Assembly: GCF_009834535.1 (NCBI RefSeq)
Contig: NC_045696.1
Coordinates: 23,996,001 to 24,060,000, forward strand
DNA from: Camelus ferus
Taxonomy: Eukaryota
Length of the DNA stretch: 64,000 nt
Direction: 5' to 3'
Shown: piece by piece, positions 50,362-63,939 of the stretch
Numbering within the stretch: position 1 is the first letter of the stretch
Layout: every line of letters begins with the position of its first letter
The notes under the pieces: model-generated
Database searches by the model: none
Seen by the model: the letters and a program-made list of their open reading frames with translations, nothing else
What the model was told of the DNA's origin: nothing
Translations under genes and position numbers: made by a program

Positions 50362-51754
50362 CCCTCACTGAGCACCTCTCTGACTGGCGCACTAAGCAGT
50401 GCCCCGCCTACCTCCAAGGTGCCCCCGAAGGTAAGAGATGAGCCTGCCACGTGCACCTCTGGCATCCCAGTTTTGTTTAATAACCTGCTATAGTCCTTCT
50501 TGAACCTATTTATATATAATAGCCCATAAAATATCTCAAGGCAATGAGTTTCACACATTTACTACCTACTGTGAAGAACATCTTGGTGTATGGAGTTTTT
50601 TATGGCACAGTACATTTTCATGATGAATCCATTTGTCCCTTTTTTCAACTTTTGCTTAATGCTTCTATCATTAGCTCAAATATATGTGGGAGACAATTGA
50701 ACTCCACTAAATGGGACAGAGGTCAGAGAGGAGAGCTTGAAGAAGTGGGGCCATATTCATGAGACGTATAAAAGGTGGCCTCTTCTGAAGCTGAAGACTC
50801 CTGTGGAAAGTGCCCTGTTTCAGCGTGTTGAGATTCATGCTGGAGACCATAGTAGAGGAGGACCTGGAGGCAAATAGTCACCTCTGGAGCATCTCAGAAG
50901 GAGATGACCCAGTGACAAATCATACAGGAACACAGGAATTAAAGCCAGCACAGGGATGTACCTCTGCCAAGTAACAAGAAACATTTTCTTTTGGCCTCTA
51001 ATAGGAAAATGACCACGCCATTGGATCGTCATTGCCTAAACCCTGCTGAGACTGGTGGAAAGGTCTTAAAGATCAAGCTTATAAACATGCCTTATGGCTT
51101 CTTTTGGCACCGGCATTACATCTGTCACCAAAAGAGTCCAATTTATAAAAAGAAAAAAAATTAATCTACTACAAAGAATTGGAATTTGGAGTCTGCATCT
51201 TAAATGCGAAGGGATATCATAAACAGATCTTATAGAACTTCGCTTGCTTAGCATTAGTTAAATCTTACTTCAGATTACAGGGTAAGTACTCTTAAGCTTT
51301 AGTGTGAGGAGAATCACCCAGGTAGTGAGCCAGAGAGGAGGTTCCCTTTCCCTAGTTTTTCCTGAGTCAGGAGGTAAAGGGAAAGAATGGGTGATGGGGG
51401 GGTGTCACACGCTGAGAAATATTTTAGAATGTGTGTGTGTGTGTTAACTTCCAGTAGTATAATGGTCAGCCCCCTCTTCCCCTTTTATACAAGCTACAGT
51501 GTGCATTGGGGGTAAGAGAGGATGCAGAAAAATACAGATATATTCATATATCTGTATGTATATATATATATAGAGAGAGAGAGAGAGATTCAAACATTTG
51601 GTACCAATGTATAGAGTTACTAAAAAATTAAATACGTTAATCTGCTCAATAGACCATCTTAATTATCTTGAAAACAATTGTACTATACACTCAAATGACA
51701 TCTCTTTTATAAATCTTTATACTTTTGACTTACACTGTAGGCTTAAAAGGAATA

Positions 51755-51985
51755 AAAATAATTGCTAGCATTTAGTGAGGAACTTGTGTGTGCCAACACT
51801 CTTCCCAGTGCTTTATGCCTACAATGTATTTAATTCGCACAAGAACCCCAAGAGATGGATGTCATGTTTACCACTCTTTTATAGATAAAGAAACAGAGGC
51901 CAGAGTTTTGATCTTGTTCCCAAGGTCACACTAATATTGAGCTGAGAAATAGATATCTGAATTCAAACAGACTCTACTGCATCTT
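51755..51985 (-). mobile_element. MIR SINE
   Basis: GCTAGCATTTAGTGAGG...TGTGTGCCAACAC...TTTTATAGATAAAGAAACAGAGGCCAGAG...CCCAAGGTCACAC. Confidence 0.85.
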
Positions 51986-53544
51986 TTAAACATTTGCTTT
52001 CCATATTTTCATTTACTTGAACTTTGTAGGTGATTTTTGTCATTAAAGGAATTCTACATTACTATTTTATTTTTCTATATTATTTTAAGCCAATACTAGA
52101 TGGATGAATTTGGATTTAGAACATCAATTCCCTCTTTTTCAACCTACCAAGTTTGGATCACTAAATAGAATTGTTTTGAAACTCTAGAGTAAAAAAGGAC
52201 AAATGTCACATTTTCTACATCAAGCCTTCCAGGATCTTGAATACCAAAAACCCCTTCATCCCACGTGAGGTGGGTGGTCAGGGTGCACTCTGGAATGCTA
52301 CAATTCCATCTTTTCTAGGTTCTTTTAATAATCCCCTAGAGAACACAGAGCACTAAGCAATCTCTTCTCACAGTTAACAACAGCAGGGGCCCCAGACTGC
52401 ATGGCCATAAATGGCTTTAAGACCACCCATCTTTTTCATTAGCAAGAAGGGATAATATGTCTATTACAGATATAAAAACACACCCACATGAAGCTTCCTT
52501 TCACAAGAATTATTCATCCAACAGCTGGATTTTTTTTCTGATTTTCCTCTCACTTTTAAACTTCAATCAGCTTCTACTTGAATTCTTTTTTTTTTTTTTT
52601 TAACAGTGAGTTAGTGCAGAGGAGTGATCTTATTTTAATGGCAATAAAAACAGGGCTCCACACCAAGGCAGCTGATAAGTGTGGATTATGGTGCCCTCCC
52701 CTCCCTACCCACCACTTCTATTTCTTACTGTCTTTCTGTTCCATCTTCTCTAGGCTAAGCCCCTGTCTGAAAGCCACTGTTGGGCCTCACTCTCTCTTAC
52801 TCCTTATCGCAGCTTTAACACAGGTCCCATAAGCATCACACCCTTTGAACAATAGCCACTTAACTTCTTTTGGAATAGAGACTCCATGTGTTCAGAACCC
52901 ATACTTCCCAGATGGTACCAGGTCTACACTAAGGGAAAAACAGCAAGGAAGCCAAGGCTTCCAATGGACAGATGGGTCCTTTTCTGTCTGGAGGAGCATC
53001 TGGGTGGGAATACAAACAATTGAGATGATAATGATTCTGTCATCAAAATTCTCAGGGTTCAATCAGGAGGGAAAATCCTGCAGAGAGAGCGTGTGGCAAA
53101 GCCAACCCAACGTTAGAGGATAAAGTCCAACCCCCTCCATCTTTTTGTACAAGCCCTTTGGGATGTGAGCCTCCCAGCCTCCGAGACCTCCTTTCCTGGG
53201 TGACTGCATTCTCAAGTGCATCAAGATCCTCCTTGCTTCTTAACCTTGGTGTCTAGACTTCCTTCTACCCCTTGCTTGCTGGCCTGGCAAACTCCTCCCC
53301 ACTTCAAATTTAACTCTGACACTTCTTCTGGTAAGTTTCCTTATTTACTCAAAGTAGTTCTGCACCTTTTACCATTTAGTTTATCTCTTTGCTCCAATGA
53401 CATCCACAGGGGCAGGCAGGAACTGTGGTGCTATGTCCCCAGCACTTAGCCGTGGAGTCTGATCCCTACTAGGTGCTTAAGAAGGGTTAGGTGCTGGAGT
53501 AACCAGGAGCACAACAGGTAACCAAGTGCTCACGTTCCGCTCTT

Positions 53545-53745
53545 AGCAAATGTAAGTTCACATCCAGCCCTGGTACTTACTACCCAGGTGACCTCATGAA
53601 ATTTCCTTAAGCTTCAGTTTTTTTCCCCTATAAAATAAAATGTCATAGTATCTACCTTAGAGGCTTATTGCCTTGATAAAAAGTGATAAATGAAGAAGTG
53701 TAGTAAGACTTGGAAAACAGCAGTTATTAGTATTGCCATTATTTT
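53545..53745 (+). mobile_element. MIR fragment
   Basis: GTTCACATCCAGCCCTGGTACTTACTACCCAGGTGACCTC...CTTCAGTTTTTTTCCCCTATAAAAT...CTACCTTAGAGG. Confidence 0.75.
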
Positions 53746-56405
53746 TCAGAATAGGTTAAATATAATAGAGTGAAGTACCATATATCCATGTCGACGATAC
53801 CATGAATAGAAGACAGATGGGTCAGAAGCAGGGAAACCACAGCAAAGTTTCTTGAGGAAGAGACCTTTAAAATTCAAAGGTGTAAGAAAATGAAAGTCAT
53901 AGAAGGGAGGCAAAAAAAATCCTGAAGGAAGAAATAATGGTATCAGGAGCAGATAAATAAGACTGAAGTATATTGAAGGAGGAGACAAAATAATGATGCT
54001 GGGAAATAATGGTGGGAGATTTCGAACAGCAGGCAGACTCACCAAGATGGGACATGGACCCCAGTGAACGCTCTTGAGTCATGAAATAAAGTGAGTATTG
54101 AAAATTTTTCATAGAATTGTTGTCTAAGATCTTTTGAAGCAGAGAGAAATTTGAAGGCGAAGAGAAAAAATTAAAAAAGACTGCAGTAATCCAGGAACTC
54201 CATGTGGATACCAGAGGGCTGTCCCTTACAAATGCTAATGAGCTAATGCTAAATGAACTCACTTTGGCAATTTTTTTTGGAGTGTTATTAACACTTGCTG
54301 ACGAAAAGCCACTTATTGACTGAAGTTGAAGCAACCTGAAAAAAACAGCTTTACATGAGAAGCCTAGAAGTGAGTTAATGGCCAATCCCAAAGGGGAGAA
54401 GAGTAAGCACTTTTCAAGCATTTGCTGATCAAGACTTTCGCATATCTGAGCTCCTGCACATCAAAGAGGACTTCCCACTGGGTTTGCTTACCCCTTTAAC
54501 TAAGTCCTTGAATTTAAGGACAGGAGAAGTTGCTGTAAGCAGAGAATTGCAAAGAGTCAGAAGTTGCATTCAGACCCATTTAGCTGTTCTTTCTTTGAGA
54601 AAATGACTCAGTTGGAGTGTTATTAATTGAGCAGAAATACTGCCTACTTGGAGCCCAGAGATCTTCACCCAGTGGTTGTAAAATTGGCAGGTATCAGAAT
54701 TCCAATGTGAAGCATTTTAAGGCAATCCTAAAAGATTGGGATCCAAAGGTCAAAAGTCCCTTCTCCAAGAGAGAGGTTACATCACAAAGGTCAGGATGCC
54801 CAGGACTGGGTCACAAGGGTCAGACTGCCCTGCCAACAAGACCAGAGAATTGGAAGAAACCCATTGGTGAGGGTGTAGCAAGAGAAAGATAAATAGACTT
54901 ATCTGGCAGGGTTAAAGAAATATGGGCCATGGAATTTGGCAAATCTAAATGTGTTTGGAAACAGACTTGTAAATTTAAATTGGGTTAATAAAAATCTGAC
55001 AGATTTCAGAGCAATAAAAGTATGCTTGTCTCCATCTAAGGCCCAAGGTGTCCATTTCATTGTTTGCTACATATAGTCACAACCCAGCCCACAGTGCCAT
55101 TTTCTCTATATTGTGCTTAGAAGTGATTATATTCTCTAGAAGTTGGATCTGAAAAGCGATGACATTAAGACTCAAGTGCCAACAATTTCCTAGCATTGTA
55201 TTCCATATATTTGCAGAGACCAAATAAGGCACTAATTACCTTAAGACACTATCTTTAAATATATATAAAATGCATCTTAAACATTTTTTTGTCTGAAGTT
55301 TTAACTACTTCTACTTGTCTTTCAAAATTATTTAGAAAAAATAAAAGGAAATGTCTTAATGTTAGGTCTATTTTACTTCATTTCATATTTTTATTCTTGG
55401 TTCTGTAATAAGTTACAGTACCAAGAGATTTGACAGAGACAATAATTGGGAATTACTCATTAACAAGATAGTTGAGCGGAGGATTGTAATAAAAGCTATT
55501 AGACCTGTACCACATTTTTCTTTTAAAATACACTGGTCCAAGATAGCTATTATTATGAAATCTTACATTTTAGGATGATTTTTAATACACAGAATATTTT
55601 AATATATGTTATTTCATTTGGTGTCCACTAGACACAGTATACAATATATAAGTAATCAAATTAATTGTGAGATATTTTTGGTATTAAATGTCACTTGAAC
55701 ATAGGAAAGACAATGGACGGTGTTACCTTTTTTGGCATGTGATTTCAATTAGCACTAATAAGATTACGTATTTCATCCATGTGCACAGTATTAAAAATAA
55801 ATTCACATAACCTAATGTTATTAAAATGTTATCATCTTTGGCTTCTCTCTTCTCTGGAATGTACCAGGCACCATGCAGAATATTGCAAGTCTGCATAATA
55901 CAAAACAGCAAAGTAAATGTTGAGATGTACTTCAGTAGAACCAATGACTATATATCTCAACTTTAGCATGATCCGATTTTCTCTTCTAAACCAAAGAGTC
56001 ACTCCTAAGATTTCGACTTACATTTTATAAAATGATTCCCTAAAAATACACAAGAAATACCCAGACTGTAAAATAACAAGAATGTGTGGCTATAGACAAA
56101 ATTGTTGCCTTCTAAGGAAGTGGTATTTCATTAACCATTTTCAAATTGTACATTCTGATTTGTATGTGACTTCCAGTATAATATAATGAGTAGTGAAAAT
56201 TGCATGTGATGGTTAATTTAATGTTTTATGACAAGAAGATAAGTTTATATTTGTAAGGACAGATTAATACTTGATGAGATAGTCCTAAAGATTATGTTCT
56301 TATTGTGACAGTCCCTTCTCCAAATGACTTGGGAGAGTCCTAAAACCTGGGCTGTTATCCTAAGAAACATGTTTAAAATACTTTCCTTTAGCCAGACTCT
56401 GAGGG

Positions 56406-56435
56406 TTTATTTTGTTTGTTTGTTTGTTTGTTTGT

Positions 56436-56486
<51 letters not shown>

Positions 56487-56492
56487 TTTTTT
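56406..56492. repeat. (TTTG)n(TTTA)n microsatellite
   Basis: Directly visible. Confidence 0.95.
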
Positions 56493-57444
56493 GGAGTAAA
56501 AACCAAACATTTGATATATACTTGTGTATCAAAAGATCTTTTAGGGTCAGATGTCTCCATTCATAGTGCTTAATTGACATGGGTTAATGTGCCACCAAAG
56601 CATTCGTTATGATTATGCTATTGGACCCAAATTAGTGAAAATATTTCAAATTTCATTGTTTTTTTTTAAAAGAAATTTGTGGCATTGTTTTTCAGTTTTA
56701 ATGAAAGGTGTCTAATTCAGCCATACAAATACATTCAGTGATCCCCCTAAACTCACATTTAGTTTTGTATACATTTAAATCATTTCATTTTCCAAAAATA
56801 AGTTCCCAACTCTTCATCTAAGCAAATCTTACCAACTGCAAAATCCCAGTTCAAAACCCACTTCCCTGGGAAGTCTTCCCTAACTACTCACTTCTATTTA
56901 AAATACAGCACATATCACCCATAGATCATATTTCATGAGTTTATATGTTTCACATGTGTTCATCATGCTTCCCCCAACTTGATCTTAAACTCATCAAGGA
57001 GAACAGGAAGAAAAACCAACATTAACTGACCTGCTATAAGCAACAGAATGTGTTACACACTTTATATACACTGTCCCAGGTAATGAATTGTTTCATATGT
57101 AAGATCAATATTTTATACTTCTTGCTTGGCTTCCAAAATGGGGCTCACTTGGTGTTCAAAAATACTTGTTCATTTGGAAAATAGTGTTAAAGTCATTTTT
57201 TCCCCATAGTTGCTATTATTGCCAGTTAATTCTATTAACCGATAGTAAAGGTCTTTCTAAGATGAGCCAATTTTCATATTCATGAGAATTTGTCTCATTT
57301 TTATAAAAGCTAACAATTCAGACGAAGTGTCATGAGTTAAGACAATAACTTCAATTTAATGTGTTTTATTAAGTCTCTTTCTCTCCCCTGCATCCCTTCC
57401 AGGAATTTAACGTGGAGGGAAAATGTTACAGCACATTCTCAGTC

Positions 57445-57672
57445 CAATTGTTAAATTATGAACTCTAGGCTAAAAATGCCTGGGTTCAAATTTTGGCTCC
57501 ACCAACTTGCGCAAGTTATTAAAACTTTCTAAAGCTCAATTTCTTTATCTATAAGGTGGAGGATACAGTGTATATCTCACAGGTATCTGTGAGGATCAAA
57601 TGAGATAATGTTTACAAATGACTGGCCCTTAATAAGCATTCACTAAACAATAGCTATTATTTTGTTATTATT
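57445..57672 (+). mobile_element. MIR SINE
   Basis: TGCCTGGGTTCAAATTTTGGCTCCACC...CAAGTTATTAAAAC...CTCAATTTCTTTATCTATAAGGTGG...GTGAGGATCAAATGAGATAATG...TAGCTATTAT. Confidence 0.85.
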
Positions 57673-58941
57673 TGTAACTTGTCCTAACCCATTTCTCCAT
57701 CTAAGGACTTGAGAAAAATAAATCACAGCCTATCCAAATACCTGAGAGGAAATGTAGCAGATACCTCAGACTCTTGTCTTCATTCTTATTAACCCAATGT
57801 GAGGATCAGAGTGGGACAATTTATCAGACCAAAGACCAGACTTACATATTCCAGCTTTTCCCACATTTCACCTTGTCCCTCTTCTCTAGCAGAACTTTTT
57901 CTTATATTTTCTTCACCCTCATCCAATTTGCTAATAGAGATAAATTGCTCAATATGAATGGTCCCAGCTGCTCCCCTCCTCCTGTTTGCTAAAGAGCATT
58001 TGCCACTGCTCTCTTAGTTTCCTCCTATCTCTGGCCATCTAATGAGAATCTTCCTTTGCCAGATCAACTCCTCTGAACTTCTGTGATGCAACTCAAAAGG
58101 AAAGTGGTGGGGATTAAAAAAAAAAAAAAGAAAAGAAACAAAACAAAACAAACCCCAAACAACCAAACAACAACAACACAATGGTGCTCAGGCTAGGGCA
58201 GGGGAAAGAGTCTCGGGGAATTTTGGAAGTGAGAAGCATGGGGGCAACTCCAGTTTGTGAAACAAGAGCAGAGGTAATGTGCTAGCCCTGTGTTCTCTCT
58301 GTGGCATTCTAGTAACAGAAGAAAAGATGTTTACTTATTTGGAAATAATTTTTTGGTTTCTGAGTTTTTCTTTAATTATGTTGTGTTCTGAGACTGGACC
58401 ACATGGTTCATGGCTTTATAACTATTCCCTAAGTTATGTGTCTGACTAAAACTTATTATAAAGTGTGGGAAGAAAATTAGGGGAAACAAATAGTTGTAGT
58501 AGTGCACTAGGACAATTCCCATCACTCAAGTTGTCTAAATAGCTTTAAGCCCTGGGCTCCATCAAGCAGCAAGCAATGAATCTGTTCAATGTGCCTTAAA
58601 CAGCTGTATTCATTGAGTCACATTATCCATCTGCATTTGTAATTTTTCCTACACACTTAAAAACACTTACTATTTCTCTTCCTTACTTTATATTTTAGCT
58701 CACATATTTCTGCTTCTCTGTCTTCAGGATGCTTTTTAAATCCATAGCCACTTTTGTGAAGGTCATGTTTTCCCACAGCAATCATGATTAGCCTTTTGAG
58801 TTTTGAGAATGGTCTCTAAGAAACAGAGTATAGAATTGTTATTATCTTAATCCCAGACTGGACTTCTCCTCTTCTCCTTCTGGTGCTCTCTCCACAAGTC
58901 CTGAAGCCTGTTATTCTAAAAATAAAATTTGATTGCCAAAT

Positions 58942-59680
58942 TGTAGCAAAATATGCCACTCCAAAATATGCCACTTTGGTGTAAAGGTTATTTTGAACTA
59001 AAGACAATTAAGAAACAGCAGGTACAAGAAAAAGGCTCTCTGCCCTCTCCCTATTTGTCTAAAAGCAGGATATAAATCTGTAAAGGTGTCTTGCCTCCCT
59101 TCTGTACCAGGAAGGACAGAAGTTAATCACCAGAGACAACTCCAGGCCCTTCTCAGCCCAGTGACAGCACCGGAGGAACCTGCATTACAAGTTCTACTAA
59201 TTGGCCCTTACCTCCCATTTGTTCCCCCATATATTTACCTTCCCACAGTATGCCCTGCTAGCAACTCAACGATTCTTCCCTTGTATTATCATTTCCCTAA
59301 AATTTTATTGGTCTTTTGTTAAGATGCCAGTAGAAGCCCAAGTTCTAACCACCCCTTTGAGTTAGTCATCACTGGTACTTCCATGGGTATGTGTCATCAC
59401 ATGTTGAAAGCATGGGGAACTATATTTAATATCTTGTAACAACTGATAGTGAAAAAGAATATGAAAAAGAATATATGTGTAAAAATATGTATAACTGAAT
59501 CACTGTACTGTACACCAGAGATTAACACAACGTTGCAAATCAACTATACGTCAATTAAAAAAATTTTTTTAATAGCCTCTTTTGTGATTCTCTTGTTAAT
59601 TGTCTTTTGTTCATCTAATTTACAAGGTATAAGCCAATGAAGCTAAAATAGTGGAGGGAAAAGAGTTTTCCTTGCCCAAA
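58942..59680 (+). mobile_element. ERV1 solo LTR (MER34/MER39-like) interrupted by an L1 fragment
   Basis: Starts TGTAGCAAAATATGCCACTCCAAAATATGCCACTTTGG...TTATTTTGAACT. U5 TCTCTTGTTAATTGTCTTTTGTT...GGGAAAAGAGTTTTCCTTGCCCA resumes after the L1. Confidence 0.8.
59410..59570 (+). mobile_element. Short young L1 3' terminus nested in the LTR
   Basis: GCATGGGGAACTATATTTAATATCTTGTA...ATAACTGAATCACTGTACTGTACACCAGAGATTAACACAACGTTGCAAATCAACTATAC, plus an A tail. Confidence 0.9.
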
Positions 59681-59684
59681 TTGC

Positions 59685-60355
59685 CGTGCTCATGCTTCAG
59701 AACCTCCACTGGCTGCTTAATACCTACAGAATAAAACCCCACCTCCATAGATGGCTCTTCCCAGCTGAGCCCCAACCTGTTTCTTCAGCCACTCCTTTCC
59801 AACACATGCTCTGCTGATCCACACAGAGCTTCTCCTACTGACTGAAGACACTTTAGCCAGGACCTGCTCTTATATACACTGCTTTCTCTTTCTAGAATAT
59901 TCTTCCCTGGGAAAACTTGTACCTCTAACTAAACATTTTTTGACTTTGTTTAAATATCACCTCTTGGTTTTCTTCAGTCCCTCTAAATAGTATTAATGTA
60001 CCTGGAGTACTATATATATATTTTTTAACCTCCTTTAATCATGATAAAAAAAAAGTGAAAAATCCTTAATAACCCCATATTTGCAAATAATAAGCTGGGG
60101 GCTATAGAATTTAAAGAATTTATTTGAGGACAGAACTGGCAAATTTGCCACCATCACCTTACCAGCCAAGCAGTTGCTTCTTCTCTGAGCCTCTGTAAAG
60201 TTTTATCCGTCTCTTAATTGCAGATCTTAACAGGTAGTATTGAAAATATTTGTCTCTACAGTTCTGTCTGGATTGTCTCCCTTAGGTTAAATTTTTTATA
60301 GCCCAGCACTTGGTATGGTTCTTTGTGTTCAAATGTTTCCTGAATAAATGAAGCA
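59685..60355 (+). mobile_element. L2 3' fragments (with a short MIR piece at ~60010-60140)
   Basis: TCAGAACCTCCACTGGCTGC...CCTACAGAATAAAACCCCACCTCC and GCCCAGCACTTGGTATGG...AAATGTTTCCTGAATAAATGAA. Confidence 0.55.
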
Positions 60356-60992
60356 ATAGATCAATGGAAAATGCTTTAATTTAGGAAGGAAGGGAGGCAT
60401 GAGCTAACATTTAACAAGCACCTACACTATTTACCAGACATTGTGCTGGATTCTACAGAGCTCATTTAAATTAGTTAATGAGTTTTGTCAAAACTCCCTG
60501 TTTTTATCAAAACTTATTTGTATTACATAAAATATAATATCTCTTTAGTATTTTAACCAAATTAAGTGAATCTTCTAAACGTTCAGAAATTAGGTGCTTG
60601 CTGAAGAGTTAGTATGCAAATTGTTAAACAGGCATTTCTTACGTATTAATGAAGAAAAAAAAAATCAGTGGAGGCCAACTCAGAATCAAAGCAAAGGAGT
60701 TAAAGACAGCCAATTTATTCTCTTTTCACAGATGTAAACCCAGCAGTCTCTGCATCTTTTTTATTCGTGTGCTTGGTGGTAAACAGTCTCTCCATTCTGC
60801 TGTGTGTTCTGTTTTATTTTAGGCTCTTTGATGGCAAATAGAAGATCATCTCAACCTAGCTTAAGCAAAAAGGAGCTCTTGCTATAGGAATTCAAGAATG
60901 TCTCATAAATTCCAAATGTCTCATAAATTCCACACTAAAGGCATTGGAATCAGTAATAAAATATATTGGAAACCCCAGTGGTGACTCTGTGA

Positions 60993-61068
60993 ATAGTGTC
61001 TTAATTCTATGATTATATTATAGTGTCTTGATTCTATGATTATATTATAGTGTCTTGATTCTATGATT
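60993..61068. repeat. 27-bp tandem repeat, ~2.8 copies
   Basis: ATAGTGTCTT(A/G)ATTCTATGATTATATT starts at 60993, 61020 and 61047. Confidence 0.92.
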
Positions 61069-61084
61069 CTCTTTGCCTGTTTCT

Positions 61085-61372
61085 GTTCTTTTTTTTTGTT
61101 TTTTTGTAAATTTTGCTTTTTATTGAAGTGTAGTTGATTTACAATGTTAGTTTCAGGGGTACAGCAAAGCAATTCAGGTTTACATATACATATATTTTTT
61201 CAGATCTTTTCCATTATATATTATTACAAGAAGTTGAATATAGTTCCCTGTACTATACAGTAGGTCTTTGTTGTGTATCTGTTTTATATATATAGTAATG
61301 TGTGTCTGTTAATCCCAAACTCCTAATTTATCCCCCCCTGCCCTTTCCTGTTTGGTAACTATGGTTTGTTGT
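61085..61372 (-). mobile_element. 5'-truncated L1 3' UTR (L1_Art-like)
   Basis: T-rich tail, then TTTATTGAAGTGTAGTTGATTTACAATGTTAGTTTCAGG...GAATATAGTTCCCTGTACTATACAGTAGG...AATCCCAAACTCCTAATTTATCCC. Confidence 0.9.
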
Positions 61373-62799
61373 TATTTCTCTGTTTCTCTTTCCATATGGT
61401 GGGAGATGGGTGGTTGTCCAATATCCAGGGATGTTTTACATGATGCACATCTCTAGCCATGTTTAGAGACTAACTAGATGACTCTTGAGTAGCGATCCCT
61501 TGGAGAAAGAATCTGATTGGCTCAACGAAACCAAGTGTCTATTCTGGACCAATCAGTAGTCGAAGTGATGATGGCCTTGCAACAAACAAAGTGAAGCTAA
61601 AGACACGTAGGGGTGAATTTCTTAAAGAAAGGGGGGTGGGCCAGTGTCAGTTGAGCAAATACCCTGATAACTGTACATCTCATACATATTTTTACCCCAA
61701 TTTTTTCTTGCATTGAAACCAGTTAGAGAGTCTGTATGTTATAATTTTATTAGATATTCAAAATACACAATATTGGGGGTTCAATTTCTCAGTGAGTTTG
61801 TAGTAGATTCAATTCTAAAAATTTGGACCACCATTTCCTACCCACTACAAAATCACTAGGGATGATTGAGTCCATACCTTATTTGGTTGTTATGTAATTA
61901 TCTCTGCTCTCCCAAATAGAGAAATGCTTTCAGTTCAATGTAACTAGCAGGAAAGAAAATCTGCAGAGGAAATGTCTTTTCTTATTACATTATAATCATA
62001 TTTGTGTCATAACAGAGTGGCTAAATGAAAGGGACATACTCGAATCACTGCAGGACCAAATTAGCAAATTGAATAGTTTTGGTATGTTCACAGAAAAAAC
62101 AATTAGACCATGTAACCTCGAGAGAAGCAGGCTCAAATACATAGAAATATCACATTGGAGGACTTGCTAAGGATGTAATTGAACATGGATGAAGGAGTAA
62201 AGCAGAAATTGCTTATCCAAATTCTTCCCTAAAATTGCTCAGTTCAAAATAATTAGCTTCCAACCTTGAAAGATAGTAATAACTTTCACTGACTCTTACT
62301 GTTTTTAACTTAAGTATGTTTGTAAAACTAAAATCACTCTCAAAGATTGCCAGGTTGTCACTTTTCTGAAGACAAGCCCTCAAAATTAGCTGACCAAAAA
62401 CTCCTATAACTAGGCAACAAACTGAGCATACACATTCATCTTTTCTTCCAAAACACCATTGAAATGTCTCCACTAAGGGTGTTCAAAAGGGAATACCTTG
62501 GTAACAAAGTTGTAAAAAGAGGTGATGGAGGGTAAGGAGGTGGCCTAAAAAGAACATGAAAGCAGATGAGAGGCTCACATGGAGATTTAGCCCTAAGGTA
62601 GAGGAAGCTGTACTCAACAGAACGTATACACATTGAAGAATTCGGTAATTCAGAGAGGACCCTTCCTCTAGGTGAAGATCTGGAGAAACTAAGCTAAAAG
62701 TCAGCAGATGAGAGAGAAGGAATGGACACTGGAACTGTGTCAATCAGGGTCGAACCAGACGAGGAATTCCAGACGAACAGAAACCTGTCACCACAGGGA

Positions 62800-63590
62800 A
62801 TGCATTACCCTGATGATAGGGAGAACTGGGGGTGCCCAAGGACTTGATGCGGTGATGCAGCCCAAAGATAGAAGCAAGCCATCTTGCCACTTGTCAAGGG
62901 AACCTGAGAGATAAGGTCTTTGCTTTGTGGAGCAGGGCACAAGGGGGCTGGGAATACACCCAAGATTACAAAGCCACATGGCACACAAGAGACAGTTCTC
63001 GGGGAAATGCTTTCTAAAGAAACTAACTGACAAGAGAGAACTAGGGCCTTCAGTGGGAGTTAATACCTACAGCAAAGCCTCATTCTCATTAGATTTTTTC
63101 CAAGAGTGGGGAGGAGAAGATTGCCTCCTCCCACCCCACACAGTAAGTGCATGTGCTGTTCTGCACACACACGGTTCCTGTCAGAGAAAACCCACCCCTG
63201 TTACTTATATTCATTAATTGAGTCTTTGATTCACAACATTAGGTAGACAACCAAAGAATACCGCTCATTTGAGGAAAACCAGAGGGTCCAGAAAAGGGCT
63301 GAGATAAAGAAACTGAACAAGTGATCCCAGAGAACACATTAGTTTACTAAACAGAATTATAATTAGTCTCTTCAGAGACACTCAAGAGTATGCCGCCCAC
63401 AAAAAACAAAAAACAAAAAACAAATAACCTCACATTCAGGAAGAAATCACAATGAAAAAGGAGCAATTAGAAAATGAATCTTCTTGGAAATTAGATGAGA
63501 CTGGCAAACTTTTGAAAAGTCATTAAAGTGCTGTAATACGAGTTAAAATAATCTTAATCTAGAACGTAGAGCCAAAGCCCTAGAGATTCC
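62800..63590 (+). mobile_element. HAL1/old L1 5' region and start of ORF1
   Basis: AGACAACCAAAGAATACCGCTCATTTGAGGAAAACC...TATAATTAGTCTCTTCAGAGAC...ATGAAAAAGGAGCAATTAGAAAATGAATCTTCTTGGAAATTA. Confidence 0.6.
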
Positions 63591-63597
63591 ATCTGCA

Positions 63598-63935
63598 TGT
63601 TAGAAGATAAACTGAGGCACATTAAAATTTATAGGAGTTTATTTGAGCAAACATCAATTTAAACTGAGCAGCACCGAACTGAAAGTAGTTATGAGGGCTC
63701 CACTCACAATGTGGGGAGAAGCTTTTACAGAGAAGACAGGGAAGCCGAGCAAAGCAACTACCTGATTGGCTACAGCTTAAGCAGTGGCCTTCTTTGGGAA
63801 AGCCTACCTAGATGTTTGTTTTTAGTTGGCCTTAAGTTTCACTTTGTCAGATCGGAGTGCATTGATTCTGGCTTAGGTTTCAGTTTGTTTACATAGTCTA
63901 GTAAGGCGTTAGAATCACCTTGGTCTAATGGTCAA
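63598..63935 (-). mobile_element. ERV1-type solo LTR (MER93/MER95-like)
   Basis: TGTTAGAAGATAAACTGAGGCACATTAAAATTTATAGGAGTTTATTTGAGCAAA (AATAAA on the minus strand), with a CCAAT box on the minus strand (CTGATTGGCTACAGC). Confidence 0.6.
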
Positions 63936-63939
63936 AGCG

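Larger units (their letters stand above)
60800..61680 (-). mobile_element. Old MaLR LTR (MLT1J/K-like) split by tandem duplications and an L1
   Basis: AGGCTCTTTGATGGCAAATAGAAG...CTAGCTTAAGCAAAAAGGA on the left and GAGAAAGAATCTGATTGGCTC...CTGGACCAATCAG on the right. Confidence 0.55.

Noticed and set aside
53897..54421. Longest ORF in the window (174 aa, minus strand)
   Set aside because: Ser/Phe/Leu-rich composition is typical of the antisense of purine-rich sequence, with no domain or splice support.
60993..61068. CRISPR-like array (also considered for 43584-43721)
   Set aside because: The units are head-to-tail with no unique spacers, there are no cas genes, and the context is eukaryotic.
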